A stretch of DNA of 64,000 bases from Isurus oxyrinchus (GCA_026770705.1 JANJGN010000071.1:1736001-1800000); one strand, 5' to 3'. Shown: positions 47,562 through 61,776, counted from the stretch's first letter. Notes: generated by a model not told the origin, from the sequence alone. Numbers and translations: made by a program.

Positions 47562-49176
47562 GTAAGTGTGAAGGTTTAATTGGTTGTTTTCGAAAATGTT
47601 TTCTTCAAACTTCTCTCCTTATAGAAAGAACTTTCATTTCTATAGCACCTTTTACAACCCAAAACGCTTCACAGCCCCTGAAGAATTTTGATGTTCACCT
47701 ACTGTTTAACATCTCATCCAACACTCAATGTTTCACAACTCAGACCTGTAACAGGCAGTGTTGACCCGGACCATAAGATACCTTGTGACCTACTGAGGAT
47801 GTGAAAGGTGCTATATAAATGAAAACCTTTCTTTTGTTAGTGAATGCAATCTCTTTCCTTTTTCCATGTTTCATTCACTCTCTCTTATCTCCACTAATGT
47901 TGGCCTTCTCATTCTCTCTCTCATTCACTCTCTCTCCAATCTCCACTAATGCTCTCCTTCTCATTCTCTCTCTCATTCACTCTCTCTCTCCAGTCTCCAC
48001 TAATGCTTTCCTTCTCATTCTCTCTCTCATTCACTCTCTCTCTTATCTTCAGTCATGCCCTCCTTCTCATTCTCGCTCTCATTCACTCTCTCTCCTATCT
48101 CCACTAATGCTCTCCTTCTCATTCTCTCTCTCGTCCTCTTACACAATGTTCAGTATCTCACATTTTTAAGGAGCGCTGAGCAACATCTGCTCCTTCAGAA
48201 GATCCACCTCAACACCTGGAGTGAGCAGTGAATTGAAACTCGCTCACCAACTGCTCAGCTTTACACAGGAATCACGTCACAGAGTCAGGACACAAAGGGT
48301 TAACAGTTTGTTTACAACACAACACTAAGGCCCTACGTTTCAGTGAAAGGGTTTTCACAATTGTTCCCCAATTCCTGATTTTACTCACAGAGACACATCA
48401 ACCCTTTCTAATTAAATACACAGATGGATCAGCACAGGAAGAGGTCATTCAGCCCAAGCAGAGCGTGTGGGCAGTACCTCCCCTGGTCAATGACTTTCCA
48501 CTTTTGAGCAGAAATATCATCACAAGTCCAGAACGCAAAGGGTTAACAGCTTCAAAAAACTCTAAACATGAGCTGCATCCTCACAAAGTGACCACTTCCA
48601 CATTTTGACTCACAGTGACACATCAACCCTTTCTAATTAAATACACAGAGGGAGCAACACAGGAAGAGGTCATTCAGCCCAAGCAGAGCGTGTGGGCAGT
48701 ACCTCCCCAGGCGAGCAGTCGGACAGGTCCTGGGTAAGTAACGGAACGATTGGAATTCACTTCCACGACCAACACCGTCCTTTGTTGATGTTGTGACTTT
48801 ATAAAGACAGATTCCAATGATTGATGCCTTTGAAAGATTTCTACTGATTATTGAGATCTGGGTGTGAGGCTCAAGTCTGTTGTACAGAACAACTTTCTAG
48901 CTCAAGGGATGATGGAATTGCAGAGACATGAGCTTGGGGACGTCCTGAGGTGGTGAAAGGCGATATAGAAATGCAAGTCCTTCATTGTTTTACTTTCTTA
49001 AAGCCTTGTAACTCTCTGCAGAGCACATATCATCCCACAGAGAATGAAATTAGTCTGTGAAGACATTGTCTAAAAGCAGTTCTGATCTCTCGAGAGCTGT
49101 CAGACAAGAGGTGAGGTCTCGTTAACTCCTTTCTCTTTCACAGCTTGAGAACCAATGAAATACCTGGGAGTGGACA

Positions 49177-49216
49177 ATGATCAGGAAATCTTACTTCCTC
49201 CTGTCACTTCTCCAAG
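49177..49216 (+). CDS. Leader exon L4 (MIRKSYFLLSLLQ-G); no V exon of its own
   Basis: Paralog of L1-L3; its intron breaks off at ~50390 into a minisatellite and a new promoter. Confidence 0.7.
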
Positions 49217-51413
49217 GTAATATCATTGTCAGCTCGGACAGATTTATGGCTAATCATCTTTGTAAAACATAATTCTTATTGAGCTGTGATTGGGAACAGA
49301 TTCAGCAGTGAGCCAGTGTACAAACTCACACCAAGTCCCATTCACCCATCACCCCTGTGCTCACTGATATACACTGACTCCCTGTCTGACAGCAGAATTG
49401 GAGGATAGCAGAGGACTTTGAGGTTTGCATGGTTGGAGGAGAAAGTGATTGGAGAAGAGGAATGGAGGGAATGGAAATTGAGGATGAGAATCTTAAACTC
49501 GAGGCTCTGCTGGACTGGGAGCCAGTGCAGGTCAGCGAGTGGCGGAAGGCGTGAGGTGTTGAATTGAGAAACAGTGATAAATACTGGGGATGAAGTCTAT
49601 CCTGATGCTTGGACTCCGATAGCAAAGGAATGAAATTTGTGTCTTTTGCTGATTTTAGTCAGAATTTCCCATGAAGACAACACAGCAGCTCCTAGAATAG
49701 ACAGGCTGTTCAGTGACACACTTCCTGTCCATTCTCACCTTGCTAGATACTTCAATAAGGGAGCAAGATAACTGAAAGAGAGAAGGAAGGTAAAGCTGTC
49801 CGTGTGTAAATGGGTCAATATTCAGTTTGCATATTTGTCTTTCTCTCGACACATGCAGAGCTCAGGCTAGAGGCGCTTTGTTAGTGTGTTTCACAGTGTC
49901 TGCTGGAGTAGGGTCAGTGCTGAGCTTGGGGACAAGTCAGTCTACAATGCTGCATCGGAATCAACAATACAACAATATGGGGTTTGGATCAGAAATAATC
50001 CCTTAGACAATGAGGATCCAAAGAGATTCCTTAGACAATGAGGATCCAAAGAGATTCCTTAGACAATGAGGATCCAAAGAGATTCCTTAAACAATGAGGA
50101 TCCAAAAAGATTCCTTAGACAATGAGGATCCAAAGAGATTCCTCAGACAATGTGGATCCAAAGAGATTCCTTAGACAATGAGGATCCAAAGAGATTCCTT
50201 AGACAATGAGGATCCAAAGAGATTCCTTAGACAATGAACATACAAAGTGCACCAATCAGATTGAATCAGATTAGCTAATCAGCTGTGTTGAAGAGCAGAC
50301 AGGAATGTTAGGCTAATTAGTGATTCATGACGGTGACAATGGGGGGAGTTCTGACGGCTCCTAATCCATTGTCCTGTCTTGTAAATCAGCACCTTAATAC
50401 TGACCCTCCAACAGTGCAGCACTCCCTCAGTACTGATCCTCCAACATTGCAGCACTCCCTGATTAATGTCCCTCTGACAGTGCAGCACTCCCTCAGTACT
50501 GACCCTCAAACAGTGGAGATCTCCCTCAGTACTGACCTTACAATAGTGCAACACTCGCTCAGTAATGACCATCCGACAGTGCAGCACTTGCTCAGTACTG
50601 ACACTGGGGAGTTTCAGTCTACTCTGTGGGGCAGACGTCCCCTGAATCGGGTCTTGAATCCCACAACATTCTGACCCCCTGAATTTGGCTGTGAAACCCA
50701 CTGACCCACAGGAGAAACTCCTGGTCAATGACTGTCCACATGTGAGCAGAAATATCACCACAGGGTCAGGACACAAAGTTCACCAACATCTCAAAACATG
50801 AGCTGCTCTGTCACTTTGATCCAACTTCCTCATTTTGTCTCACAGAGACACATCAACCCTTTCTCACTAAATACACAGAGGGGGCAGCACAGGAAGAGGT
50901 CATTCAGCCCAAGCAGAGCGTGTGGGCAGTTCCTCCCCAGGCGAGCAGTCGGACAGGTCCTGGGTAAGTAACGGAACGATTGGAATTCACTTCCACGACC
51001 AACACCGTCCTTTGTTGATGTTGTGACTTTATAAAGACAGATTCCAATGATTGATGCCTTTGAAAGATTTCTACTGATTATTGAGATCTGGGTGTGAGGC
51101 TCAAGTCTGTTGTACAGAACATCTTTCTAGCTCAAGGGATGAGGGAAGTGCAGGGACATGAGCTTTGGGACATCCTGAGGTGGTGAAAGGTGCGATAGAA
51201 ATGCAAATCCTTCATTGATTTTCTTTCTTAAAGCCTTGTAACTCTCTGCAGAGCACCTATCATCCCACAGAGAATCAAACTATTCTGTGAAGACATTGTC
51301 TAAAAGCAGTTCTGATCTCTCGAGAGCTGTCGGACAAGAGGTGAGGTCTCATTAACTCCTTTCTCTTTCACAGCTTGAGAGTGAGAAGTGGATGGAATAT
51401 CTGGGAGTGGACG

Positions 51414-51453
51414 ATGATCGGGAAATCTTACTTCCTCCTGTCACTTCTCCAAG
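51414..51453 (+). CDS. Leader exon L5 of gene D (MIGKSYFLLSLLQ-G)
   Basis: Paralog of L1-L3 with intact splice sites. Confidence 0.75.
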
Positions 51454-52144
51454 GTAATATCATCGTCAGTATGGACAGATTTATGTTTAACAGTTTTTGT
51501 AAAAGATCATTCTTATCTCTTTATCTCTGTAACGTCCTGCAACTCAACCAAACAACTTCCCAGATCTCTGTGTTACTCCAATTCCGGCCTCTTGACCATC
51601 CCCCGATTCCCATCACTCCAATAGTGGCGGCCGTGCCTTCAGCTGCCTGGGGCCTGAGCTCTGGAATTCACTCCCTAAACCTCGGCGATGGAGGAGATCA
51701 GAGGGTTTCATTTTACTGAGAATCACCACGACCACATCACAGCTGCAGTGAGAATAGACAGAGAGTCCAGCCCTCACACTTCCTGCACAGTTTCACCATA
51801 GCAACCACAATAAGGAAGTAAAATAACTGAAAATTAAACCGAAGCCAAACCAGTCGGTGTAGAGAGATGAGATGTTTACACAGTTTCCCTGTGTATCTTG
51901 TAGACACTGTGTTGGGTGGAAGACTGGCTTCAGTAAACAGAGTCCTGAGGACCATGAGCCAATGTAGAATGAACTTGTCCACTCCTGTGTCCAGGATTCT
52001 CTTCCATCCATTGTGAAACCTTGGGGTGTTCCTTGTGTGTCCTGTAGTTAGTCCACACTGCAGCCACTGTGCCCCAGTGATGGAGGGAGTGGATATCAAG
52101 TCTAGTGGATTGACAAACCATCCAGAGTTAAATATTGACATTTA

Positions 52145-52175
52145 TATTACCCTGTAACCCGGCTTCACGTTTCTG
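52145..52175 (+). pseudogene. Remnant of the deleted V exon of gene D (last ~31 nt plus donor)
   Basis: The pre-V intron (matching 39050-39300) joins directly to tattaccctgtaacccggcttcacgtttctg|gtaag. Confidence 0.88.
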
Positions 52176-52644
52176 GTAAGTGCTGTGTTATAATTACAAA
52201 ACAATTCACATTCAACACTCAATGGGAAATAACACAAACTTTGACATTTACATATTAACACAAAACACAGCTTAATATAACACACTGTCTGATTCTCAAT
52301 AACCTGGTGATCGCTTCCAGTTCAGTCCTAAAGCAACCTCTAATACTCACTTTAATATCAATAACGAAAAGCATTAACTGTATTATCAGGTTACCACACC
52401 CATCAATCTCTCCTGTCCTGTTTAAAAGTCTGACGTATCGATAAAAGAAAGATGTGCATTTCTGCAGCGCAATTTACCACCTCAGGTGGATCCAAATCCA
52501 TTCACAGCCAATGAAATTATTCCTGAATTGTGGTCACAGATGTTAAACACAGCAGGCAGTTTGTGCACAGCAAGATCCAACAAACCACAAGGTGATAAAT
52601 CACCCAGATCACTGAGGAAATGAGAAGCCAGTGAACTCAAACCT

Positions 52645-52785
52645 CTGGTCTGATGAAGAGTCATACGGACTCGAAACGTTAACTCTGTCTTCCTCTCCAC
52701 TGATACTGTCAGACCTGCTGAGTCTTTCCAGCAATTTTTGTTTTTGTTTCAGATTTCCAGCATCCGCAGTATTCTGCTTTTAACT
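52645..52785. mobile_element. Short interspersed element, possibly a Penelope-like end; second copy at ~16590-16680
   Basis: tctgatgaagagtcatacggactcgaaacgttaactctg...cagacctgctgag...ccagca; absent from the paralogous intron of gene C. Confidence 0.55.
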
Positions 52786-53033
52786 CCAATCTCTGGTCTG
52801 AGCCTCTTCTCTCATCCAGTGTTCTCAATTCACATGTCTCGGAGTGAACGTGTATTAAGCTGAGAGACAGAAACACTACTGCCAAAGAGCAAGAAAATCT
52901 TTCCTGATCATTGTAACCTCTCAGTTCTGATATCATCCTTGTAAAAGTGCTTTCTCTTGTGGGACTGTGATTTCTATTTGAACTGATGCTTCACGTTATA
53001 TTTCTCTAAAAGGATCCATTCTCTGTGTGTTAG

Positions 53034-53330
53034 ATTTCACAGATAAACCCACGATATTCCCTGCTGAAATTATTGCAGGAAAGCGTGTGGATGTAAGCTG
53101 CACCTTCAACACAACGTGCAATGGAACAGCAGCACCTGTCTTAACCTGGGACACTCCCACTGACGTACCTGGATCCGTCTCAAACACTGTAACTCAGCAT
53201 GGTGTCACTCTGACCTATACTTCTGTTCTGACCCTGATCCCATCACTCAAACACCACGGACACACTCTCAGCTGCAGAGTGAGATATCCATCTGTTTCAT
53301 CGGAGCGGACCCTCATACTAACTGTGCAAT
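53034..53330 (+). CDS. Gene D C2 domain 2 exon (intact, near-identical to 40079-40375)
   Basis: tgttag|AT...CAAT|gtaagt; frame open; no further Ig or TM exon before the next promoter. Confidence 0.8.
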
Positions 53331-53809
53331 GTAAGTACGGACACCTTTCATTCTACATTAGCTAGAACAGTGTAGATAATGCACAGCAGGATCCCATAGA
53401 AAGGTATTCTGATGAGAATCAGATAATCTGTTTTTTAGGGAAAATAGTGACCAGAACACAATTAATAACAGTTTCTGAACAGTAACACAGCGGCTTTTAT
53501 TTCCAGCCAAGAGACCGATAGAGCAGAGCAGGAATCGCAATGTACTCACCCCCTGACAGTGCAGCACTCCCTCAGTACTGACCCTATGACAGTGCAGCAC
53601 TCCCTCAGTACTGACCCTATGACAATGCAACACTCCCTCAGTACTGACCCTCTGACAGTCAGCACTCCCTCAGTACTGACCCTCCGACAGTGCAGCACTC
53701 CCTCAGTACTGACCCTCTGACAGTGCAGCACTCCCTCAGTCCTGACCCACTGACAGTGCAACACTCCCTCAGTAATGACCCTTTGACAGTGCTGCTCTCC
53801 CTCAGTATT

Positions 53810-56800
53810 GCCTTTAAACTAAATAGATGGGGAGAGTGTTCTGGAGAGGGTATATGTAGGCTTACAAAGCAAAAGGATTTGCCAGCATTGCAGGATAGCT
53901 GTTTTGGTGATGATACCCAGTGTGTGACAGGTGGGTACACAGTGTCCAAACATTAAAATACATCAGCAAATAGAGTCAGAGGGAGGAAAATGATAAAAAG
54001 ACAAAATTAATGGCTCTTGACTTAAATGCACATAGTATTTGGAACAAAATAAATGAATTAAAGGCAAAAATAGAGGTTAATGGGTTTGATCTTATAGCCA
54101 TTATGGAGACATGGTTACAAGGAGATCAAAGCTTTGAAATAAATATTCAGGGGTATGTGTCTTTTCAAAAAGACAGGCAGGAAGGAAAGGTGGTGGGGTA
54201 GCTTTGTTAATAGGAGATGGAATAAGTACGAAAGCAAGAAATGATCTTGGATCGGAGGGTATAGAATCCATATGGCTCGAGGTAATGAATAACAAGGGGA
54301 GGTTGGAACTGGTGGGAGTGGTCTATCAGCCCCATGACTGTAGCTCGGCTGTAGGACAGAGAATAAATCATGAGATAATGAGGGCATGTAAAAAAGGCAG
54401 TACATTAATCTTCATGTAGATTGGGAAAACCCAATTGGCAGAGGTAGCCATGAGCAAGAATTCATAGAGTGTATTCAAGACAGTTTCCTGGAATAATATG
54501 TCGTGGATCTAACCAGGGATCAGGCTATTTTGGATCTGGTAATGTGTAATGAGGCAGGTTTCATACATGATCTCAGAATAAATGATCCCGTGGAAAACAG
54601 TGAACATAACCTGGTAGAATTTAGCATTCCCTCTGAGACTGAGAAACCTGGGTCGGAAACAACTGTGCTGGACTTAAATAAGTGTAATTACAAAGGAATA
54701 AGGACAGGGTTGTCTGGAGTGGACTGGGAAAGGGGTTTAGCAGAAAAGATGCTGGATGAACAAAGCAGATGTTTAAGAAAATAGCTCATGACTCACAACA
54801 ACGATATATCCCAGTGAGAAAGAAGGATTGTAGGAAGAGAATAAACCAACCTGGGTTACCCAAAGAAGTTAAGGTGTGTGTCAAATTGAAAGAAAAAACA
54901 TGCAGCACGACAAAGATTAGGGGTAAGCCAGAGGATTGAGAGAGTTTTAAAAACCAACAGAAAATGACCAAAAAATAAATAAAGAGGGAGAAAACTAGGT
55001 AAACTAGCAATTGATATAAAAAAGGACAATAAAAGCTCCTTTAAATATATAAAAAGGGAGAGAGAGACCAAACTGTTCATAGGCCCCTTAGAGAACTAGG
55101 CTGGGGAAATAATAATGGGGAACCAGAAAATGACAGAGGAGTTGAATAAATACTTTGCATCAGTCTTCACGGTAGAACACACTAATATCATTCCAAAAAT
55201 ACTAAATAATCAAGGGGCAAAAGGGGGGTGGGGAGAGGAAATAAATACAATAACTATCACTAGAGAATAACGCTAGCGAAACTAATGGGTCTCAAGTCTG
55301 ATAGGTCCCCTGGACCTGATAGGTTGCATCTTAGGATATTAAAGGAAGTAGATGCAGAGATAGTGGATGTACTGGTTTTAATCTTCCAAGAATCCTTAGA
55401 TTCTGGGAAACTCCCAGAGGATTGGAAATCTGCCAAAGTAACACCCATATTCAAAAAGGGAGGGAGACAACAAACAGGTAACTATAGGCCAGTTAGCTTA
55501 ACATCTGTCATTGGGAACATGTTAGAGTCCATTATAAAGGATGTAATAGCAGACTATTTAGAAATGCATAATTTAAACAAACACAGGCTTCATGAAGGGG
55601 AAATCATGCATGACAAATTTATTAGAATTCTTTGAGGAGGTAACAAACAGGATAGATAAAGGGGAACCAGTAGATGTAATATATTTGGATTTCCAAAAGG
55701 CATTCAGTAAAGTACCACATATAAGGCTACTTAATAAGATAAGAGCCCATGGTGTTGGGGGCAGTATATTAGCATGGATAGAGGATCGGCTAACTAATAG
55801 AAGTCAGAGAGTTGGGATAAGGGGGGCATTTTCAGGATGACAACCTGTGGATTGCCACACGGATCAGTGCTGGGGCCACAATTATTTACAATATATATTA
55901 ATGACTTGGATGAGGGAAATTAATGTACTATCGCCAAGTTTGCGGATGACACAAAAATAGATGGGAAGGCAAGCGGTGAGGGTGACACGAAGAGTCTACA
56001 GAGAGACATAGACAGGTTCAGTGAGTGGACATCAACTTGGCAGATGGAATATAATGTGGGAAAATGTGAGCTGCTGCACTGTGGCAGGATGTATAGAGGA
56101 GCTGAATATTATTTCAATGGAGAAAGACATTGGAAAGCTGAAGCATAGAGGAATTTGGGGGTCATCAGAAAGATAACATACAAGTTCAACAGTTAATAGG
56201 GAAGGCAGGTGGAATGTTGGCCTTTATTTCAAAGGGAATGGAGTATAAAAATAGGGAAGTCTTGCTAAAACTTTACAAGGCACTCGTTAGACCACACCTA
56301 GAATACTGTGAGCAGTTTTGGTTCCCTTATCTAAGGAAAGATGTACTGGCATTGGAGGCAGTCCAGAGAAGGTTCACTAGGTTGATCCCAGTAATGGAGG
56401 GATTTTCATATGAGGAGAGGTTGAGTAGGATGGGCCTGTACTCATTGGAGTTTAGGAGAATGAGAGCTGACCTTATTGAAACATATAAGATTCTTAGGGT
56501 GCTTGACAGGGTAGATGCTGAGAGGTTGTTTCCCCTTGTGGGAGAGTCTAGGACCAGAGGGCATGATCTCAGAGTAAGGGGTCACCCATTTAAGACAGAG
56601 ATGAGGAGTTTCTTCTCTCAGAGGGTAGTGAATGTGTGGAATTATTTACTACAGAGAGCTGCAGAGGCTGGGTCATTAATTATATTCAAGGCTGAGATAC
56701 ACAGTTTTTTAATCAGTCAGGGAATCAAAGGCTATGGGGAAGTGGCAGGAAAGTGGAGTTGAGGATTGTCAGATCAGCCATGGTGTCATTGAATGGCGGA

Positions 56801-56850
56801 GCAGAGTTGATTGGTCGAATGGCCTCCTTCTGCTCTGACGTCCTGTGGTC
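53810..56850 (+). mobile_element. Long degenerate CR1 LINE (endonuclease + RT + 3' end)
   Basis: LNAHSIWNKINEL, IAIMETWLQ, SPGPD, NYRPVSLTS, YLDFQKAF, GSVLGP, FADDT, RRMRADLIE; multiple stops and frameshifts. Confidence 0.93.
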
Positions 56851-56861
56851 TTATGGTCTTA

Positions 56862-59552
56862 TCACCCTCCGACAGTGCAGATCTCCCTAATTACTGACCC
56901 TCCAACAGTGCAGCACTCCCTCAGTACTGACCCTCTGGCAGTGCAGCATTCCCTAAGTATTGACCCTCCAACAGTGCAGCACTCCCTCAGTACTGACCCT
57001 CCAACAGTGCAGAGCTCCCTAATTACTGACCCTCCGACAGTGCAGCACTCCCTCAGTACTGACCCTCCGACAGTGCAGCATTCCCTAAGTACTGACCCTC
57101 CGAGAGTGCAGCACTCTTCCAGTACTGGCCCTCCAACAGTGCAACACTCCCCTAGTACTGACCCTCCAACAGTGCAGCACTCCCTCAGTACTGACCCTCC
57201 AACAGTGCAGCACTCCCTCAGTACTGACCCTCTGACAGTGCACCACTCCATCAGTACTGACCCTCCGACAGTGCAGCACTCCCTCAGTACTGATCTTCCA
57301 ACAGTGCAGCAGTCCATCAGTACTGACCCTCCGACAGTGCACCACTCCCTGAGTCCTGATCCTCCAACAGTGCAGCACTCCCTCAGTACTGATCCTCCAA
57401 CAGTTCAGCACTCCCTCAGTACTGATTCTCTGACAGTGAAGTACTTGCTCAGTACTGACTATGCGGCAGTGCAGCTTTCACAGTACCTGCCCTCCAACAG
57501 TGCAGCAGGTCATCAGTACTCACGCGCCAAGAGGGCAGCTCTCCCTCAGTACTGACCCTCCCACAGTGCAGCACTACCTCAGTACTGACCCTCCAACAGT
57601 GCAGCACACCATCAGTACTGACCCTCCAACAATACAGCACTCCCTCAGTACTGAACTGAAGTGTCTGCCTGAATTAAGTGCTTTGTGGTGAAGGAACCTA
57701 CATTGATATCACACCTTTCACATTCTCAGGGTCCCTCTTCAGTACTGACCCTCTGACAGTGCAGCATTGCTTCAGTACTGACTCTCTTACAGTGCAGCAC
57801 TCCCTCAGTACTGACCCTCTGACAGTGCAGCACTCCCTCAGTACTGATCCTCCGACAGTGCAGCATTCCCTAAGTACTGACCCTCCGAGAGTGCAGCACT
57901 CTTCCAGTACTGGCCCTCCAACAGTGCAACACTCCCCTAGTACTGACCCTCCAACAGTGCAGCACTCCCTCAGTACTGACCCTCCAACAGTGCAGCACTC
58001 CCTCAGTACTGACCCTCTGACAGTGCACCACTCCATCAGTACTGACCCTCCGACAGTGCAGCACTCCCTCAGTACTGATCTTCCAACAGTGCAGCAGTCC
58101 ATCAGTACTGACCCTCCGACAGTGCACCACTCCCTCAGTCCTGATCCTCCAACAGTGCAGCACTCCCTCAGTACTGATCCTCCAACAGTTCAGCACTCCC
58201 TCAGTACTGATTCTCTGACAGTGAAGTACTTGCTCAGTACTGACTATGCGGCAGTGCAGCTTTCACAGTACCTGCCCTCCAACAGTGCAGCAGGTCATCA
58301 GTACTCACGCGCCAAGAGGGCAGCTCTCCCTCAGTACTGACCCTCCCACAGTGCAGCACTACCTCAGTACTGACCCTCCAACAGTGCAGCACTCCATCAG
58401 TACTGACCCTCCAACAATACAGCACTCCCTCAGTACTGAACTGAAGTGTCTGCCTGAATTAAGTGCTTTGTGGTGAAGGAACCTACATTGATATCACACC
58501 TTTCACATTCTCAGGGTCCCTCTTCAGTACTGACCCTCTGACAGTGCAGCATTGCTTCAGTACTGACTCTCTTACAGTGCAGCACTCCCTCAGTACTGAC
58601 CCTCTGACAGTGCAGCACTCCCTCAATACTGACCCTCTGACAGTGCAGCACTCCCTCAGTACTGACCCTCTGACAGTGCAGCACTCCCTCAGTACTGACC
58701 CTCTGACAGTGCAGCACTCCCTCAGTACTGACCCTCTGACAGTGCAGCACTCCCTCAGTACTGACCCTCTGACAGTGCAGCACTCCCTCAGTACTGACCC
58801 TCTGACAGTGCAGCACTCCCTCAGTACTGACCCTCTGACAGTGCAGCACTCCCTCAGTACTGACCCTCTGACAGTGCAGCACTCCCTCAGTACTGACCCT
58901 CTGACAGTGCAGCACTCCCTCAGTACTGACCCTCTGACAGTGCAGCACTCCCTCAATACTGACCCTCTGACAGTGCAGCACTCCCTCAGTACTGACCCTC
59001 TGACAGTGCAGCACTCCCTCAGTACTGACCCTCTGACAGTGCAGCACTCCCTCAGTACTGACCCTCTGACAGTGCAGCACTCCCTCAGTACTGACCCTCT
59101 GACAGTGCAGCACTCCCTCAGTACTGACCCTCTGACAGTGCAGCACTCCCTCAATACTGACCCTCTGACAGTGCAGCACTCCCTCAGTACTGACCCTCTG
59201 ACAGTGCAGCACTCCCTCAGTACTGACCCTCTGACAGTGCAGCACTCCCTCAGTACTGACCCTCTGACAGTGCAGCACTCCCTCAATACTGACCCTCTGA
59301 CAGTGCAGCACTCCCTCAGTACTGACCCTCTGACAGTGCAGCACTCCCTCAGTACTGACCCTCTGACAGTGCAGCACTCCCTCAGTACTGACCCTCTGAC
59401 AGTGCAGCACTCCCTCAGTACTGACCCTCTGACAGTGCAGCAGTCCCTCAGTACTGACCCTCTGACAGTGCAGCACTCCCTCAGTACTGACCCTCTGACA
59501 CTGCAGCACTCCCTCAGTACTGACCCTCTGACAGTGCAGCACCTCTTCAGTA
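56862..59552. repeat. Large 33-bp minisatellite block containing a 785-bp duplication and a near-perfect ~1-kb array (58570-59550)
   Basis: Identical interrupting segments at ~57655 and ~58440; about 30 almost invariant units at the end. Confidence 0.95.
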
Positions 59553-60559
59553 CAGGGTCCTGAATCTTTGGAAGTCTCTCCTTAATCCTTGGGTGTGGAG
59601 GATCTCAGAGACTCTCATGTAATTGAGAAGTCACCATGAGCACAGCAGCAGTCAGAATAGACAGATCTACAACCCAACACTCACACTTGCTGCACAGTTT
59701 CACCACCAAACCACAAGAATTAAGCAAACTGGCTGAAAATAAAGAGATGACAATTCAGCCTGTGTGGAAAGGTCAGAAGTTTATTGTTTCCTGTTTGTCT
59801 CTGATCTGCAGCGCAGATAAATATTAGAAAACCACAGAATCAAACAGCACAGAAAGAGGCCACTCAGCCCATTGTCCCTGTCCTGGTCTCCTGGGACAGA
59901 TATCCAATTGGTCCCAATCTCCCATTCTCTCACACTCTGCAAGTATTTTGAAAGATCCTATTGAATCTGCTTCCACCGCCCTTTCAGGCAGCACCTTCCA
60001 GATCACAGCAACTCGCTGTGCACAATAAAACCTAACCTGCCTGCTCAGTGATGGTTACTCCCATCTGAGGGGATTTATATTCATGAATTTGGATTCAATC
60101 TGGAACAGGAAGAATTTGAAGGACGATGGGGGAAGAGAGGTGGATTGAAACCAATTGTGTGCTTCTTTTAAAGAGCTAGCACAGCCAAGATGGCATGAAT
60201 GGCCTCCTGCTATTCTGTGTGATTCTGTGATATGATGAAGAAAGTTCCTTTTCAGCAACAGTTTACTTCTTCTGCTGAAACTCTTCATGTTGGAGAAGAG
60301 GAAGTGATGGTTTCCATCAGTGTTTAGTGTGTGTTCCAGTTCAGTTTTAACCGAAACTCAGTGAAGCGGATGGTGAAGGTCATGAACCCACCACAGCGGC
60401 ACCTCCGACACATGCAGAGCTCAGGCTAGAGGCGCTTTGTTAGTGTGTTTCACAGGGTCTGCTGGAGTAGGGTCAGTGCTGAGCTTGGGGACAAGTCAGT
60501 CTACAATGCTGCATCGGAATCAACAATACAACAATATGGGGTTTGGATCAGAAATAATT

Positions 60560-60955
60560 TGATCCTCTGACAGTGCAGCACTCCCTCAGTACTGATTCTC
60601 CAACAGTGCAGCACTCCCTCAGTACTGACCCTCTGACAGTGCAGCACTCCCTCAGTACTGACCCTCTGGCAGTGCAACACTCCCACAATACTGACCCTTC
60701 AACAGTGCAGCACGCCCTCAGGAATGACTCTCTGACAGTGCAGCACTCCCTCAGTACTGACCCTCTGGCAGTGCAGCACTCCCACAATACTGAGCCTCTG
60801 ACAGTGCAGCATTCCCTCAGTACTGACCCTCTGGCAGTGCAGCACTACCACAATACTGAGCCTCTGACAGTGCAGCACTGCTTCAGTACTGACCCTGCAA
60901 CAGTGCAGCACGCCCTCAGGAATGACCCTCTGACAGTGCAGGACTCTCAGTCCTG
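60560..60955. repeat. 33-bp minisatellite
   Basis: ~12 units. Confidence 0.9.
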
Positions 60956-61776
60956 ACACCGAGTGCCGGTCTGGTTTGGCAGTCTGAATTTTGCCAAATG
61001 AATCTCGAACAGACGACCTTCTCACTCAGACAGCGAGAGAGGGTTTGAAACCCAATGACCCACAGGAGAAATTCCTGGTCAATGACTTTCCACTTTTGAG
61101 CAGAAATATCATCACAAGTCCAGAACGCAAAGGGTTAACAGCTTCAAAAAACTCTAAACATGAGCTGCATCCTCACAAAGTGACCACTTCCACATTTTGA
61201 CTCACAGTGACACATCAACCCTTTCTAATTAAATACACAGAGGGAGCAACACAGGAAGAGGTCATTCAGCCCAAGCAGAGCGTGTGGGCAGTACCTCCCC
61301 AGGCGAGCAGTCGGACAGGTCCTGGGTAAGTAACGGAACGATTGGAATTCACTTCCACGACCAACACCGTCCTTTGTTGATGTTGTGACTTTATAAAGAC
61401 AGATTCCAATGATTGATGCCTTTGAAAGATTTCTACTGATTATTGAGATCTGGGTGTGAGGCTCAAGTCTGTTGTACAGAACAACTTTCTAGCTCAAGGG
61501 ATGATGGAATTGCAGAGACATGAGCTTGGGGACGTCCTGAGGTGGTGAAAGGTGATATAGAAATGCAAGTCCTTCAATGTTTTTCTTTCTTAAAGCCTTG
61601 TAACTCTCTGCAGAGCACCTATCATCCCACAGAGAATCAAATTAGATCCGTGAAGACATTGTCTAAAAGCAGTTCTGATCTCTCGAGAGCTGTAGGACAA
61701 GAGGTGAGGTCTCATTAATTCCTTTCTCTTTCAGAACTTCAGAGTTAGAAGCTGAGGAAATATCTGGGAGTGGACA

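Noticed and set aside
58463-59563. Long ORFs (VQHSLSTDPLT)n, (VLRECCTVRGS)n and (EGVLHCQRVST)n, up to 366 aa
   Set aside because: Translations of a 33-bp (3n) minisatellite that is open in several frames on both strands; no gene structure
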